Of a stretch of 64,000 nt of DNA, positions 28,074 to 42,736 are shown piece by piece; position 1 is the stretch's first letter, and each line of letters starts with the position of its first letter. Position numbers and translations under genes: made by a program. Under the pieces are notes generated by a model, which ran no database searches, was not told where the DNA came from, and worked only from the letters and a program-made list of their open reading frames with translations. This DNA is from Octopus vulgaris (taxonomy: Eukaryota). The stretch is from the NCBI GenBank assembly GCA_951406725.2, contig OX597835.1, positions 28,520,001 to 28,584,000 of the forward strand, given 5' to 3'.

Positions 28074-28077
<4 letters not shown>
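26835..28077 (+). mobile_element. RTE-clade LINE 3' fragment with internal 61-bp minisatellite and (TGA)n tail
   Basis: FRYLG..MLHGSETW..RLCWYGHVTRM..GRGRSRKTW; 3' stem-loop ccgtcc..ccatg..catgg..ggacg followed by tgatgatga. Confidence 0.9.
27470..27915 (+). repeat. 61-bp GC-rich minisatellite, ~7 copies
   Basis: (c/t)acgtaaaa recurs at 27526, 27587, 27648, 27709, 27777, 27838, 27900. Confidence 0.95.
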
Positions 28078-28117
<40 letters not shown>

Positions 28118-28168
28118 GTGTGTGTATGTGTATGTATGTGTATATATACATACATATATACATATATT

Positions 28169-28222
<54 letters not shown>

Positions 28223-28553
28223 ATATGATACATATATGTATATATGTATATATATATGCATGTGTGTGTGTGTGTATATATATATAAAGATTACATGGTC
28301 ACAAGTGGCATGTTTTTGATCTCACAAATTCAAACTCAAAGTCAATGGTTAAACAAGATGGCCACTACCACCACCACTACCACCATCGACGACAACAACA
28401 ACATCAACAGCAGCAGCAGCAATAACTACAACTTCACACACAAAATCAAGAGCTAGAAACATTTTATCAAGATGTAAAGAATTTTATTATGCGATTTTTT
28501 TTGTATTTTTTCATTCTTTTTCTTTTGCCTTATTTTCGTATTACTATTGAAGA

Positions 28554-28624
<71 letters not shown>

Positions 28625-29121
28625 CAACAACAACAACAAATAAGAAATGAAATAAGATATTCTGATACACCAAAAAATAAAATAAAATTGTTTGAAAAAA
28701 TATGATTATCACGTTTTAGAATTTCATTTCTTTTTTTTTTTACAATTGTATTTTAAGAAGACCAAAAAAAATAAAAAAATAATGGAAATTATAATTTCTC
28801 TGTTATATGGAATTTATAAAATCAAAATCCATTTCTTCTCATATTTTGATATATAAACAAAAAAAAAACCAAATAAAAACAAAAACAAACAAACAAACAA
28901 AAATGTTAAAGATATGGAAAGCACGCTGATAAATGTATGTGTGTATGTGTATGTGTATATGTGTGTATATAAGCAAGTGTGCATGTGTGTGTGTGTGTGC
29001 ATACGTATGTGTGTACATGTGTGTTGTTGCTGGACATGTATATGCTTATAACCATTTGGACATATATATATCTATCCACCTATATGTATCTCTGTATGTG
29101 TGTGTATATATATATACATAT

Positions 29122-29216
<95 letters not shown>

Positions 29217-29276
29217 CACACACACCACAAATACATTCACACACAGAAACACACACGCACACACATATACATACAT

Positions 29277-29322
<46 letters not shown>

Positions 29323-29335
29323 ACATATGTATATT

Positions 29336-29373
<38 letters not shown>

Positions 29374-29444
29374 TACATATATATATACATACATTTATAT
29401 TTGTACATAAACACACACACACACATGCATACACACACACATAT

Positions 29445-29519
<75 letters not shown>

Positions 29520-30589
29520 TATACAGATATATATATATTTTATGAACAAAGTAAAATCACAACCATCATAAAATGTACATAATGTGTCTGTTTATTGAAA
29601 AGCTAATATGTTATATACTAATAATACTTAAACTTTACAACTGTCGGAATCTGTTCTGTTTTATGACCAGTAATACGGCTCTCAGTTTATGTCGCTGCAG
29701 AAGTTATATGTCTAACATTAGTATACCGAAAGGCCATTCATCTGATGATTGCATTTCTTACACACATGCGCGCACACACAGACATACACACACACACGCA
29801 TTACAATTTTAAAGTCCTAAGAACTTCGAACACTGAACAATGAAATAGATCCCGTAAGAAATAGACTTATACAGTTGGAAATATGATAGGCTGGGCAGGA
29901 GTATTATTTGTGAAGGGAGTAAGCATGAATACAATATCATCACAATTTGATGGGGTGAATATTTCACTAAAGGAAAATATGGCAGAGGGATACACAGTAA
30001 GTTTATTTGGGTGATCACATTAAGATGTGTAAAGTATAAATAATGCCATAAAACCCTCTGGATGTTGTTGGTGTACAGTTAGGTGGTATTATTTTGGTGA
30101 CTAATCTCAGATAATCCCTGAATGTGCAGATCTATGATTAACTATGTTTAAGCCCTGACCAATCTGTAATTTTATTTCTCTGTACGAAAATTTTATAGGC
30201 AGAGAAGAGGTTTACAGAAGGTGTGGAACCGAACCTGGAATAAGTTAGGACATACAGATACATGAAGGAATTCTAGAGGCGTGAACTGTAGTGTTGGGCC
30301 ATCTAGGACTGGGGTGAGAACAGGAGAGTAATGCCAAGCTGCCACTACACTCAAGTTAGTATGGCTTGGTAATGTGTGCCATAATTATTTTAATTGTTGT
30401 AGATACTTATGTAGTCATGAGCAGACATAGATCCCCTTCTTGGCCTAGAATTCTTTAGTCCATGGAATCCTATGTTCTTGGCAGACATAGACCCCCTTCT
30501 TGGCCTTCTCAGCTTTGATTGATCCAATGAAACATTGAAGATGTGACAGCTGGAGTAGGAGAGGGTTTTATCAGCTATGGGTTGCTACT

Positions 30590-30725
30590 CATTACAGCCA
30601 AGTTGGCTGAAGCAATGTGAAATGAAACACCTTGCTCAAGCACACAACTCACTGCCTGGACCACAATCTGAAGCAATGGCCTCATACTCACGAACCAAAC
30701 ACCCTAACCACTTGGCCACACATTG
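30590..30725 (-). mobile_element. Old, CpG-decayed tRNA-SINE family C copy
   Basis: Similar to 50240-50490 (gcaatgtgaaatgaa..cttgctcaag..cacaa..ctaaccact..gccac). Confidence 0.6.
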
Positions 30726-31629
30726 TTAAATCCCGAATCCATTAGGTATTTCATGGCCCCATTGAGGATTATCTTCATGTAGGCTGTCTCATATTTTCCC
30801 ATCTGTTTTAGAAGGCTAAAGCTATACTTATAGAAGGATTTGAGTTTATCTCAAACCACAAGCTAATAACAAATTCATCTATTACACACTACATTCCTTG
30901 TAGAGTCTACTTCTAGCTCAGCAGACCAGGTGTGTTGCACATAGATAAATCCCTTACTGTGCTGCTGGCAGCATTTGAACCATCAACCTCTTGATTAAAT
31001 GTCTGGTAGCTTATCAACTTAGCCATCTGATCTCTTAACATAGTAACTTACTCTGCAATACACCAAGGGACTCTCTATAATAAAGGAGTTTAATTCTATT
31101 TAATGGGAAACTTCATAGTTGGGTCACTATAATAGCAAAGAAGGTATGGTGAAATAATGTTTTTGTGAGGGTATGAGTAACAGTTGTCATATAAACAATA
31201 AGGAGTATTGACACTAACTATAAAGAGTACCTCCATCAACAATACAAGACTCATCCTCCTATCTTTCAACTAATTTCTGAAAATATATAGGCATAGGAGT
31301 GCATGGAGGGTGGGGTAGTGCCTTTGACTATTATAGGACACTTCAGACTTGAGAAATTAAAGAAGTTGATAATGTCACCTAATTATCTCTAGGTCAGTGT
31401 TTGTTGCAAGACCAAACCTTGGTGTGGAGGGAATGGCCCAAATGTTAGCAGTGAAGTGAAATTGGCTAAAAGCACCCAACAACAAAGGGCCAGGTGGTAA
31501 TGGAAGTGTTAGGAACAAGAGTAGGGTGTCATTCAAGGGACATTTGACTGTTATTTCTGGCAGGTGCAAATAATCATGCAGAGGCTTAAAATTTAATTGG
31601 TTGGGAAATGGCATATCATGATAGATTAC

Positions 31630-32268
31630 TGAGTGACACCTGATATACAGGTTATGGGCCCACCTGCCTGATGACATGCAGTGTGCCAATGCATCATGTG
31701 ACACATAGTAGGAGGTCATTCAATGACATATAGGTTATAGGTCACCTGCCTGTTGACATGCAGTGTGTCAGTGAACAATATAACTTCCCATGTTATTATC
31801 CCAGGTCAAATACAACAATAAATGATCACCTAATGATATATGATAATAGGTCATTAGGTCACATATCGGAGTAGATCACCTGGGGATATAGGGGAGTAGG
31901 TCACATATATTAGAATGTCATCTGGTGACTTAGAATTGCAGGTCACCAGGTGACATACAAAGAGAAACTCATCAAATGACATGCCCTGTCGCAAGGTTGA
32001 CTTGCAAAGGTCACATACTGACTGACATAGACCAGGACCCCACTGGTTATGCGTCTTGGCAGGTCATCCAGTGACACAGTAGGTCATTTGATGATGTGTC
32101 ATGAAAGGTCACCAGGTGACATGACAGGTCAATCAGGTGACTTAGTCATCAAGAGGTCACATGGTGACATGTCATGGATGTTCACCTGGTGACATGGCAG
32201 GACATTTCATATGACATAGCTAGTCACCAGGTGAAATATCACACTAGGTCACCAGGTGACATGCTAGG

Positions 32269-32270
<2 letters not shown>
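31630..32270. repeat. Degenerate array of (A)GGTCA-N5-TGACA(T) palindromes
   Basis: aggtcaccaggtgacat at 31940, 32107 and 32246, plus about 10 variants. Confidence 0.8.
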
Positions 32271-32316
<46 letters not shown>

Positions 32317-32721
32317 ATATATGTATATATGTATGTATATATATATGCCTGTGTGTGTGCATGTATATATGTGTGTACATATATGTATATATATGTATAT
32401 ACACATATATATTTATATATATGCAAACATATATGCACATATGTATGCATAGTTATACAATTGTATATATATATATTAATTATATATAATATATATATAT
32501 ACATTGTATATATATTGTATATATATATACACACCCACACACACACTGATACACTATAGTAGGGCATAAAGTGACATGGTACAGCAGGCCACTTAATGAC
32601 ATAATATAGTAAAAGTGTGACCCCAGTCACAATAAAAAATTGCAGGTCAACAGTTGACATAACAACAGTATGACATTGAGTGTCGCACGGAAGAATGTCA
32701 CCCCCAACTGACACCTACTAC

Positions 32722-32777
<56 letters not shown>

Positions 32778-33205
32778 ATAGTAGTACAGTAGTAGGTGAG
32801 AAATAGAATTAAAATTTCAATTTTTGGGGCCTATTAGCAAATGGGTATGGGAGGCGGTGACCACCACATGGGCAAATTCAACTCAGGAGGTGGTGATGGT
32901 AGTGAAGGAATGTACCAATGCAGTTCACATGACTAAAGGTCAAGAAACAACACAGATTTGACCACTTTTGATGAACTAGAGAGAGAGAGAGAGAGAGAGA
33001 GGGAAAGTGAGAGTGAGAGAGTGAAAGAGAGAGAGAGTGAGAGAGAGGCTGATAGACATAGAGTGAGAGAGAGAGAGAGAGGACAAAGGAGTACTGTGCA
33101 AAGACCAATAGAAAGGCTTCCAGGGACTAAAGAATTCTAACAAAGTCCAAAAGAATATTTAAAGGAACATAACATTGTCCAGAATCTGAAGTACAAAGAC
33201 ATACC

Positions 33206-33263
<58 letters not shown>

Positions 33264-33540
33264 GTATGTATGTATGTATGTATAATTGGTCATCCGTTAG
33301 GTTCCAAATTCACAGCTGAGGCTGGAGCTGTGGACTTGGAACATAACAGATACCAAATTATAGCACCTACTCAACTTACCTATTCATATATTCGTTATAT
33401 ATATATATATATATATGTTTATGTTTATGTTTTCCAGTTTCAGCTCTTGAGCTGTGGCCATGCTGGGGCACTGCCATTATATATATATATATATAGTTAA
33501 AGTAACAGCAGAATATGATTTATTGTGTCTTTCTGAGCCT

Positions 33541-33596
33541 TTCCTTACAATTGTTTCAATGATCCTCAACTTAAAGAAATCACTTCATCAGATGAT
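33541..33596 (-). ncRNA. Minimal hammerhead ribozyme motif with degraded stem I
   Basis: Reverse complement reads CTGATGA-agtgat..atcatt-GAAAC-aatt-GTA; palindromic stem III acaattgt. Confidence 0.55.
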
Positions 33597-34328
33597 TGTA
33601 CTGAAATATGCTGCTTTTTTTTTTTCAATTATTTCAGCTATACTAGGTTCTCCTTGTTACATTATAGCCTGAATTCAAATTTCTATCACTTTGTACAAAG
33701 CCGTATAGATATAAGAGAGATAGGTTCAATATGGTTCAAATGTGGACCTTAATTAGTATTGTACTGTGTTGTGTATTTCAAAGTATCAAAAAAGAACATG
33801 TTTTACATATGCACATATACATACACACACACACATATATATAGTTTTTCATACATATTCTTGCATGTACGTGTATATACATGTGTATATGTGTGTGTGT
33901 GTGTATATACACATATATTTATATATGCCTGTATAATTACATATATATATATATTAGTGTTATATATATATATGTGTACATATATTTATATATACAAGCA
34001 TATACAGGTATATATATACACACATATATATGTATAGTCATATATATACATGTATATATATATATGTATATGTGTGCGTTTGTGTGTGTGTGTGTGTGTA
34101 TATATGTCATTGTTCAGTAATAATAAAAACAATTTTACACTTTTATCTCGAGGTTTACTCCATACATCTGTAGAGTAAAAATATATTATTCCTTCAAAAG
34201 ACTAATATGGATATTGACTTCAAAATTTTGGCCATTTAAGCTACCATCAGACTGCCCAATGATGGCATGATGGCATAAGTCGGCCAAAACTTCACAGCAA
34301 CTGTGAATTTCTATTCTTGTTAAGGTAC

Positions 34329-34401
<73 letters not shown>

Positions 34402-34671
34402 GTGTATGTATGTAGGTAAGAATGAATCAAGCACCGAATGTGCCTCTGTATGCTTCTACGTTTGCGTCCAGCTGCTTCTGTGCCTCCCATCAACTACTAC
34501 CCGTAAGTTGAGCTCTACCAATTGGGATTAACCCACATCCTGGTAAACCAATCAAAAGTTTGCTTTCTTACAATGTGTTCACATGATTGTATGCATGTGT
34601 GTGTGTGTGTGTGTGAGGGTGGGTGTGCATTGTATACATATATGTATAACATATATATATATATATATAAG

Positions 34672-34709
<38 letters not shown>

Positions 34710-34860
34710 TATATATATGCATATATATACATATATATTTATGTATATATGCATATATTTAAATATATATATATATATTCATATATGTATATATTCATAT
34801 ATGCATATATATATATATATATACTATATATATCCATATATACATATATATATGTGCATA

Positions 34861-34905
<45 letters not shown>

Positions 34906-35239
34906 ATATATATATAGTCATTTATTGTACAAAATTCAATTTATATTATTATTATTATTATTACTGTTATTGTAATCATTATTATCATTTTTTAATAATA
35001 TTATTATTAATTAAGGTATATTTTAATCAACAGTTTAAAGAAAATAATTTATTTCCAAATAAATATAAACAAACAACAAAAACCAAGTGAATTTTTAAAA
35101 TAAAAATATTTCAAAGAAGAAAGAAAACAATAAATCTGGTTAAGAGTGGATCTTAAATGATGGAGTGGTTTGCATGAATATGCTGTGTGGGTTTATATGC
35201 ACATACATATATACATACATACATACATATATATATATG

Positions 35240-35364
<125 letters not shown>

Positions 35365-35365
35365 C

Positions 35366-35402
<37 letters not shown>

Positions 35403-36162
35403 CAGACATGTATATATATATATATATATACATATCTGTGTATATGTATGTATATGTATATGTGATTATATCATATATGTATATATATATATATATATAT
35501 ATACATATACATGTGTGTGTATATATGCATACATATATCAATTTAAATATAATATTAACTATAATATAAATGTATATATGTTATACATATATTATAAACA
35601 TGAACATACACATACATGCATATATACATATATATATATATATATGTGCGTATGTGTATGCGTGTGTGTATATATACATGTATGTGTATGCATGTGCACA
35701 CGTACATGCGTGTGTGTGTGTTTGTGTGTGAATGTTTACCACAGCATGTCTTTATTATTATAATGTCAATGCAAACACAGAAAAAGAAAAAAAAATTGTT
35801 TCTAAGTCAGGAATTCTCCTCTTTTTATATCCTCATCATCACCATAGTTACCATGTGCTATCTACATCTCATTATCACGAATATCAATATCATTATTATT
35901 ATTGTTTTTATTATTCTATAATCAATATTGGTAAATATATATTAGGGATATTACTGTGTATTTATTTTTTTGTTTAAAGTAATACTCTAGAGCTTATTAC
36001 AATTTTTCATAACCATTTCTCTTCATTCTATGTAAGATAATTCATCTTGCTCTAATTCCGCCGTCTTCAGATTTCCAGTCTTCGTGGTCTTTCCGTTTTA
36101 ACCCTATTCAAAAATTCAGTCCATGCACAATGGTAACAATAATTTATGAAACAAGATTCACA

Positions 36163-36212
<50 letters not shown>

Positions 36213-36385
36213 AAGCAATAATTCTTTAAAAAAAAATTGAAAAAAAAAAAAGAAATTGCTTTGACTTCTCTTGTTCGTTCTGTTTCCTCCTTCTTTGCTT
36301 CTGTTTATATTTAATAAACACAAAAGTTATTGCCTGTTAAATTCAGTTTGACATTCTTTGTGTGTGTATATATATATATATTTTT

Positions 36386-36417
<32 letters not shown>

Positions 36418-36421
36418 CTTT

Positions 36422-36466
<45 letters not shown>

Positions 36467-36993
36467 TGTTTTTGCATATATAGTATACATACAATATTGA
36501 AGTTCGTTTATATGTAGACGTATATATTTTTATAGATGAGTGTATATATATATATATATATACATGAGTGTGTGTGTGTGTGTATCAACATGTGTTTGCA
36601 GATTATAATATATGTATCCATATTCCATGTAGAATTTGTCCACGTGTGTGTATGTATGTGTACATGTAACTTATATACTCTTCTTCTATATGTGTGTTTA
36701 TATATATATATATATATTTATATACTTAAATGTATAAATATAATAATTTTATATATGTATATCATATTTGTCAATATGGGGTGCAAATATTTTCTGTACA
36801 AGTTTTTTTTTAGTAGTTTTTTTTTTTCTTTTTTAATTCTCTCAGTAAATAACTTTATAAAAACACAAACGTTTTAACTTTGTTTTAAAAATCTTTTCTG
36901 TCTGTTCTTATATAGTTTTTGGTCTCTCACACATATATGCCTTTCAGATATATATATATATATATACACATGTATATATACATATATATATAC

Positions 36994-37120
<127 letters not shown>

Positions 37121-37280
37121 CACACACATATATGTGTATATATGTATATGTATGTGTGTATGTATGTATATGTATGTGTGTATGTGTGTGGATGCATGAA
37201 TATGTGCGCGTATATTTTATTTATTTAAATTGTCTTTTTGTCACTTTTATCACTACTCAAGTTAGGAAGGAATTTTGAAA

Positions 37281-37516
37281 TCACAGCCTTCTTTTTAAAC
37301 AGATTTTGAAAGGTTTTGGCCGTATGGTCAAACCAGCTCGACCTGTAACGTCTGGTAGTGGTTCGCCTTTGGGGCATGTGAATACAAAGTTCGTTACTAG
37401 GTAGGCACAGAACATGAAAATTTCCATTTTTGCTACGGAGGAGCCGACACAAACTCGATGTCCCAAACCAAAAGGGAGGTAACTCTTGCCTTGATCTTGC
37501 GGATCCAGGAATCTTC
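37281..37516 (-). CDS. Cytochrome P450 (CYP17A1-like), last coding exon with heme-binding motif
   Basis: tttcccaatag acceptor; RRFLDPQDQGKSYLPFGLGHRVCVGSSVAKMEIF...KPFKICLKRRL*; FxxGxRxCxG motif; FNPRRF (PERF variant) formed across the splice junction. Confidence 0.96.
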
Positions 37517-37834
37517 CTATTGGGAAAAAGCAGAAGAAAAATGTTTATTAATTAAAGCAGTGACAAATAAGGATGTGTGTGTGTGCGTGTATACGCATAC
37601 ATACATACATATATACATACATACATACATACATACACACATACATACATACATACATACATACATGCATGCATACACACATACATACATACATACACAC
37701 ATACATGCACACATACCTACATACATACATACACACATACATGCACACATACATACACACATACATACACACATACATACATACATACATACACACATGC
37801 ACACATGCACACATACATACACACATACCTACAT

Positions 37835-37942
<108 letters not shown>

Positions 37943-38194
37943 CCCTATATTTCACTCCCCTACGACAAAACTACGAATCTTTTTTCGGCAGTACTATTTT
38001 GTGACTCACATGGTAGAAAACATTTTGGTGGGAAGTACGAATTCACTTGTCTATATAAATGTGGATATGTGGATATGCTGATTAGCTTTTATATGTTCCA
38101 ATGATGCTTGGTCGGAAATATAAGGGGTAAGTTTTCCTAGCATTTCTAGATTTATTTATATATATATATATGTGTGTGTGTGTGTATGTTTATA

Positions 38195-38405
38195 TGCTTG
38201 TGTGTCTGTGCTTGTCCCCCCAACATCGCTTGAGAACCGATGCTGGTGTGTTTACGTCCCCGTAACTTAGCAGTTCGGCAAAGGAGACCGATAGAATAAG
38301 TACTAGGCATACAAAGAATAAGTCCTGGGGTCGATTTGCTCGACTAAAGGCGGTGCTCCAGCATGGCCGAGAGTCAAATGACTGAAACAAGTAAAAGAAT
38401 AAAAG
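38195..38405 (+). mobile_element. SINE A 3' half
   Basis: Consensus match. Confidence 0.85.
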
Positions 38406-38414
38406 AGTGAGAAG

Positions 38415-39378
38415 AACTCGGTGCTATTATCTTCGTGAAGAATACAATTCTTCGCGCTCCACAGATCCGGCCGTTTTCGCCGCATGTTCTCCCTTAAACG
38501 CTTCAAAATGTTGCAGTCGAACTGTCGATTGACGGTCTGGCCCTGTAGGATGAATCCTCGATGCACGATACCACATTTCTGGGTACTGACGTTCCTGGCA
38601 TTTCTTATTTCTTTATTGCCCACAAGGGGCTAAACACAGAGGGGACAAACAAGGACAGACAAACGGATTAAGTCGATTACATCGACCCCACTGCGTAACT
38701 AGTACTTATTTAATCGATCCCGAAAGGATGAAAGGCAAAGTCGACCTCGGCAGAATTTGAACTCAGAACGTAACGACAGAAGAAATACCTATTTTTTTAC
38801 TACCTACAAGGGGTTAAACACAGAGGGGACAAACAAGGACAGACATACGGATTAAGTCTATTATATCGAGCCCAGTGCGTAACTGGTACTTATTTAATCG
38901 ACCCTGAAAGGATGAAAGGCAAGGTCGACCTCGGCGGAATTTGAACTCAGAACGTAGCGGCAGACGAAATACAGCTAAGCATTTCGCCCGGCGTGCTAAC
39001 GTGTTTGCCAGATCGCTCACCGTCTCCGAGGGACGTTCTACCGCTCTTGAAGCACCCATGCCATTCGAAACATTATGTACGACCCATTGTCTCGTGACCG
39101 TAAGCTTGCCAAAGCATGCTCAATGTCTCTCTGTAGCAAACGTCCCAAGTTTAACGCAAAATTTCACGTTGACTCTTTGTTCCAACTTCCTGCCCAAGAC
39201 AAAATTGCAGACCACAGCATACACGTGATTACAAAAAAACAAATTTCACAACTTGCAGAGTAAACACAGCGTTGTCACTCATGAAGGTCACTGCTATCTC
39301 TTACTGCGCACGCAACTGTGTGCTGCCTTCTGTTGGCACGCTACAGATCTAGTCCGGGAATGTTTTGATACCACCTCA
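38415..39378 (-). mobile_element. Mariner transposon relic interrupted by a SINE B dimer (38605-39010)
   Basis: TIR tatgaggtggtatcaaaacattcccggac; N-terminal QRVNVKFCVKLG..CFEWHGCFKSGRTSL; catalytic part GIVHRGFILQGQTVN..LKRLRENMRRKRPDLW..ILHEDN. Confidence 0.85.
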
Positions 39379-39463
39379 TATTTATGTGTGCATGCGTGTG
39401 TGCGGACCACCTAAATCAACAGCCATAACAACAATAAAAATCTAACCCCACTGGTATACTCAC

Positions 39464-39567
39464 GTGGATTGAACGTGTATGAGTCCTCCCATACATTTGG
39501 ATCATGGTGTATTGCCCAGATGTTCAGTATTACCATACTGTCTTCAGGAATGTGGTACCCCCGAACT
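39464..39567 (-). CDS. Cytochrome P450 (CYP17A1-like), exon, 104 nt
   Basis: tattccag acceptor and gtgagt donor; VRGYHIPEDSMVILNIWAIHHDPNVWEDSYTFNP; phases 2/1 fit both neighbours. Confidence 0.95.
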
Positions 39568-39613
39568 CTGGAATACATAAATGAATAAACAAACGTGATT
39601 GACACTATCAGTA

Positions 39614-39692
<79 letters not shown>

Positions 39693-39704
39693 CTTTTCTA
39701 CTGA

Positions 39705-39912
39705 AAGCATACTACCCACAAGGGGCTAAACACAGAGGGGACGAACAAGGACAGACACATGAATTAAGTCGATTACATCGACCCCAGTGCGTAGCTGGTA
39801 CTTAATTTATCTAAGTCGACCTCGGTGGAATTTGAACTCAGAACTTAGCGGCAGACGAAATACCGCTAAGCATTTCGCCCGGCGTGCTAACGATTCTGCC
39901 AGCTCGCCACCT
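39705..39912 (-). mobile_element. SINE family B with internal deletion
   Basis: Consensus match. Confidence 0.85.
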
Positions 39913-39947
39913 TCACAACAACAACAACAACAACAATAATAATAATG

Positions 39948-40015
<68 letters not shown>

Positions 40016-40184
40016 CAGCAATGTTGCAATTAGTAAAAAATTTTATTATCATCATAGACATATTTACTATGATAAAGTTAGCCAAAGGTCCCGTTTGTCT
40101 TGGAGCCCAATCCTGGTCAAGGCATTGCAGCGGCTTTCTGTCAATAAATAAATACTCTGGGGTCCTGTGCTTTGATTTGCGCAT

Positions 40185-41115
40185 TGTGGAGGTGGTGATG
40201 GTGGAGGTGGTAGTGGTGGGTGGATTAGAAGAGGAAAAGAGAGGAGACTGGAGGGAACGAGAAAGGGATGAAGAGGATGAAGGTAAATATGAAGGGGTAA
40301 GAAGACGAGGAGCGTGGAAGTATGAGGAGGAGGTGGGGATGGAGGAGATGAGGAAGAGGGAAGAGGCGAAGAAGAAGAAGGAGGAGGAGGAGGAGGGAGA
40401 CGAAGAAGGAGGAGAAGAATTATTAGAAGCTGGAAAGAAAAAGAAATAGAGAAGACAGAAAGAGAAGGAATGAGAGGGTGATAGCAAGAGAGGGGAGGGG
40501 AAAGAGTGGAGAGTGAGAGAGGGGAAAGACAGGAGAGTGAGAGAGGGAAGGAGAGAGGGAGAGTAAGACAGAGGGAGACGGGGAAGAGAGAGGGAGAGTA
40601 AGAGAAAGGGATAGAGGGAGGGAGAAAGAGATGGGAAGAGAGAGGAAGAGGGAGAGAGGGAGGGGAAAGAGAGAAGGAGAGCGGGAGAGTGGGAGAGAGA
40701 TTTGGAAAGAGAGGGGAAGAGAGCGGGAGAGATAGAAAGAGGGAAAGTGAGAGTGAGAGAGAAAGAAAGAGGCGGAGATAGAAATGCTTGATAAAAGTGA
40801 ATGAGAGCGTGAAGAAAAAATAACACAGACAAGAAAAAGAAGAAAGAAGAAATTGGTAACGAACGAGTGTAGTGAAAGAAATGAAGGAAAAGTATGAATG
40901 AAAAACATTTGAATAAATTAGGAGGAAAGAACACGAAGAGAGAAGGAAAGAGAGAGAAAGAGGAAGGACAGAATGAGAATGAGAGAGGGAAGAAGAATGA
41001 GAGATGAAGGAGAGGAGAGGAGACGAAAGAAAAGAAATAAGGGAAAAGAAAAGTTAAAAGAAACAAATAAAAAAAAATGGAAAGAACGAAACAAATGGAA
41101 ATGAAAAGAAAGAAG
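40185..41115 (+). repeat. ~900-nt purine-rich low-complexity tract
   Basis: GA/GGA/GAA-rich; produces the spurious 469-aa minus-strand ORF. Confidence 0.9.
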
Positions 41116-41512
41116 GACAAAGCGACGATGACAGCAACCAGAAGAGCAGTAACGACAAAGGACTTACAAAAGGCGAGCCAGCCGATAAAGCAGACGACAC
41201 CCATCATCTCGAGCACTCCGATCCGAAATAATGGCGATTAGTGACTTTAAGTGATACTCACAGAGGCTTTTTTTTTGTTTTGTTTTGTTTTTTGTCTTGT
41301 TTTTGAGTGGGTGAGTAGGGGGAATGAGAGGAGTTTGTCCTTCTTTCCTTGTCCTCGTCTCCTACACTTATCTCACAAGTCCCGCCACTCTTATTCTACT
41401 TGGGGAAACTACCGACTACCTAAGATTCACCAGGTGACTCATTATGCTATTAGATAGATTAGACTGATCGGTTAGCAGATAGATATAAAGATAGATAGAT
41501 AGATAGATAGAT

Positions 41513-41622
<110 letters not shown>

Positions 41623-41632
41623 CGATAGATAG

Positions 41633-41663
<31 letters not shown>

Positions 41664-41693
41664 GATAGATAGATAGATAGGTAGACAGATAGA

Positions 41694-41724
<31 letters not shown>

Positions 41725-42084
41725 GTGTGTGAGTGTATTTGTCTGCCTATTTAACTATATCTATCGACACCCCTCTCTCTACCTACCTATATATATATAT
41801 ATATATATTTACACACACATACGTGCACATACACGCATAGTATATTTATGTCGGTCCAGTGACCCGTTAACCCGGTAGCTTGTCTCTGGGGCAGCAGAAA
41901 TAATGATGCTGATTAAAACATAGATTTCCTCTAAACAATTGTCTGTCATACATGACGCATAGGAAAGACGACGAGTGTCCGCAGACACATGGACACATAC
42001 ATACATGCATGGACGGATGCATGCACATGTATATGCATAAATCCATCAATCCACCCGTGCTTCCGTCCGTATGTATGTGTATGC

Positions 42085-42175
42085 ACCTTTCTGGTTTTGA
42101 GAAGCCTAATTTCTCAAGATTGATATTTAGGCAGCGTGTTACATATCCCAGGACCCCAATAATTATAGGGGCCAT
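42085..42175 (-). mobile_element. Restriction-like-endonuclease LINE (R4/NeSL/CRE-type) C-terminal fragment; second fragment at 49390-49510
   Basis: PIIIGVLGYVTRCLNINLEKLGFSK and GALGYVTHCPNANLEKLGFSKQERRMLIRRLQ. Confidence 0.6.
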
Positions 42176-42297
42176 GTATGTATGTATGTATGTATGTATG
42201 TATGTATGTATGTATGTATGTATGTATGTATGTATGTATGTATGTATGTATCTATCTATCTATTCAAGTATATGTGCGTGCATATGTGTATACATCA

Positions 42298-42664
42298 ATA
42301 GGATTGGCGGAGGGCAAATGCATTCAAGGTGGACAGTAAAAGCGCTTGAAAGACAAGAGCTTTGAGGCCAACCCGGTGACCTGGGAAACGCAAGCGTAAG
42401 ACCCTCCTACCCGGTGAAGCTGCACCAGTACAGGTACCACCTCCTACGAACAGAACAGGGTTGCAGGGTCACAAATAAAACGCGAACTATGCAAGTCCAG
42501 AGCCAACTCCTGGCCTTCAGTCCCCAAAGACCACCGGTGCCCTACCTGTGGCAGGGCCTTCCTGGCACACACGCGAACTGATTGGCCAAAGCCGGACACA
42601 CCGCGCCCCGTCTTCTTCTCCCATATGATGTCCTTCGTCATCGACGACAACGACGGACGAACAA
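42298..42664 (+). mobile_element. RTE LINE 3' fragment
   Basis: HRCPTCGRAFLAH zinc knuckle; tail gtccttcgtcatcgacgacaacgacggacgaac. Confidence 0.75.
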
Positions 42665-42736
42665 TTACGCATCAATCAATCGATCAATCTATGTATGTGT
42701 TATATATGTGTTGTGTGTGTGTGTGTGTGTGTGTAT

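Noticed and set aside
30421-30506. 26-bp direct repeat 60 nt apart
   Set aside because: Only two copies; simple local duplication
39807-41216. 469-aa hydrophobic minus-strand ORF
   Set aside because: Low-complexity pyrimidine tract plus (TAT)n plus SINE; lies within a P450 intron
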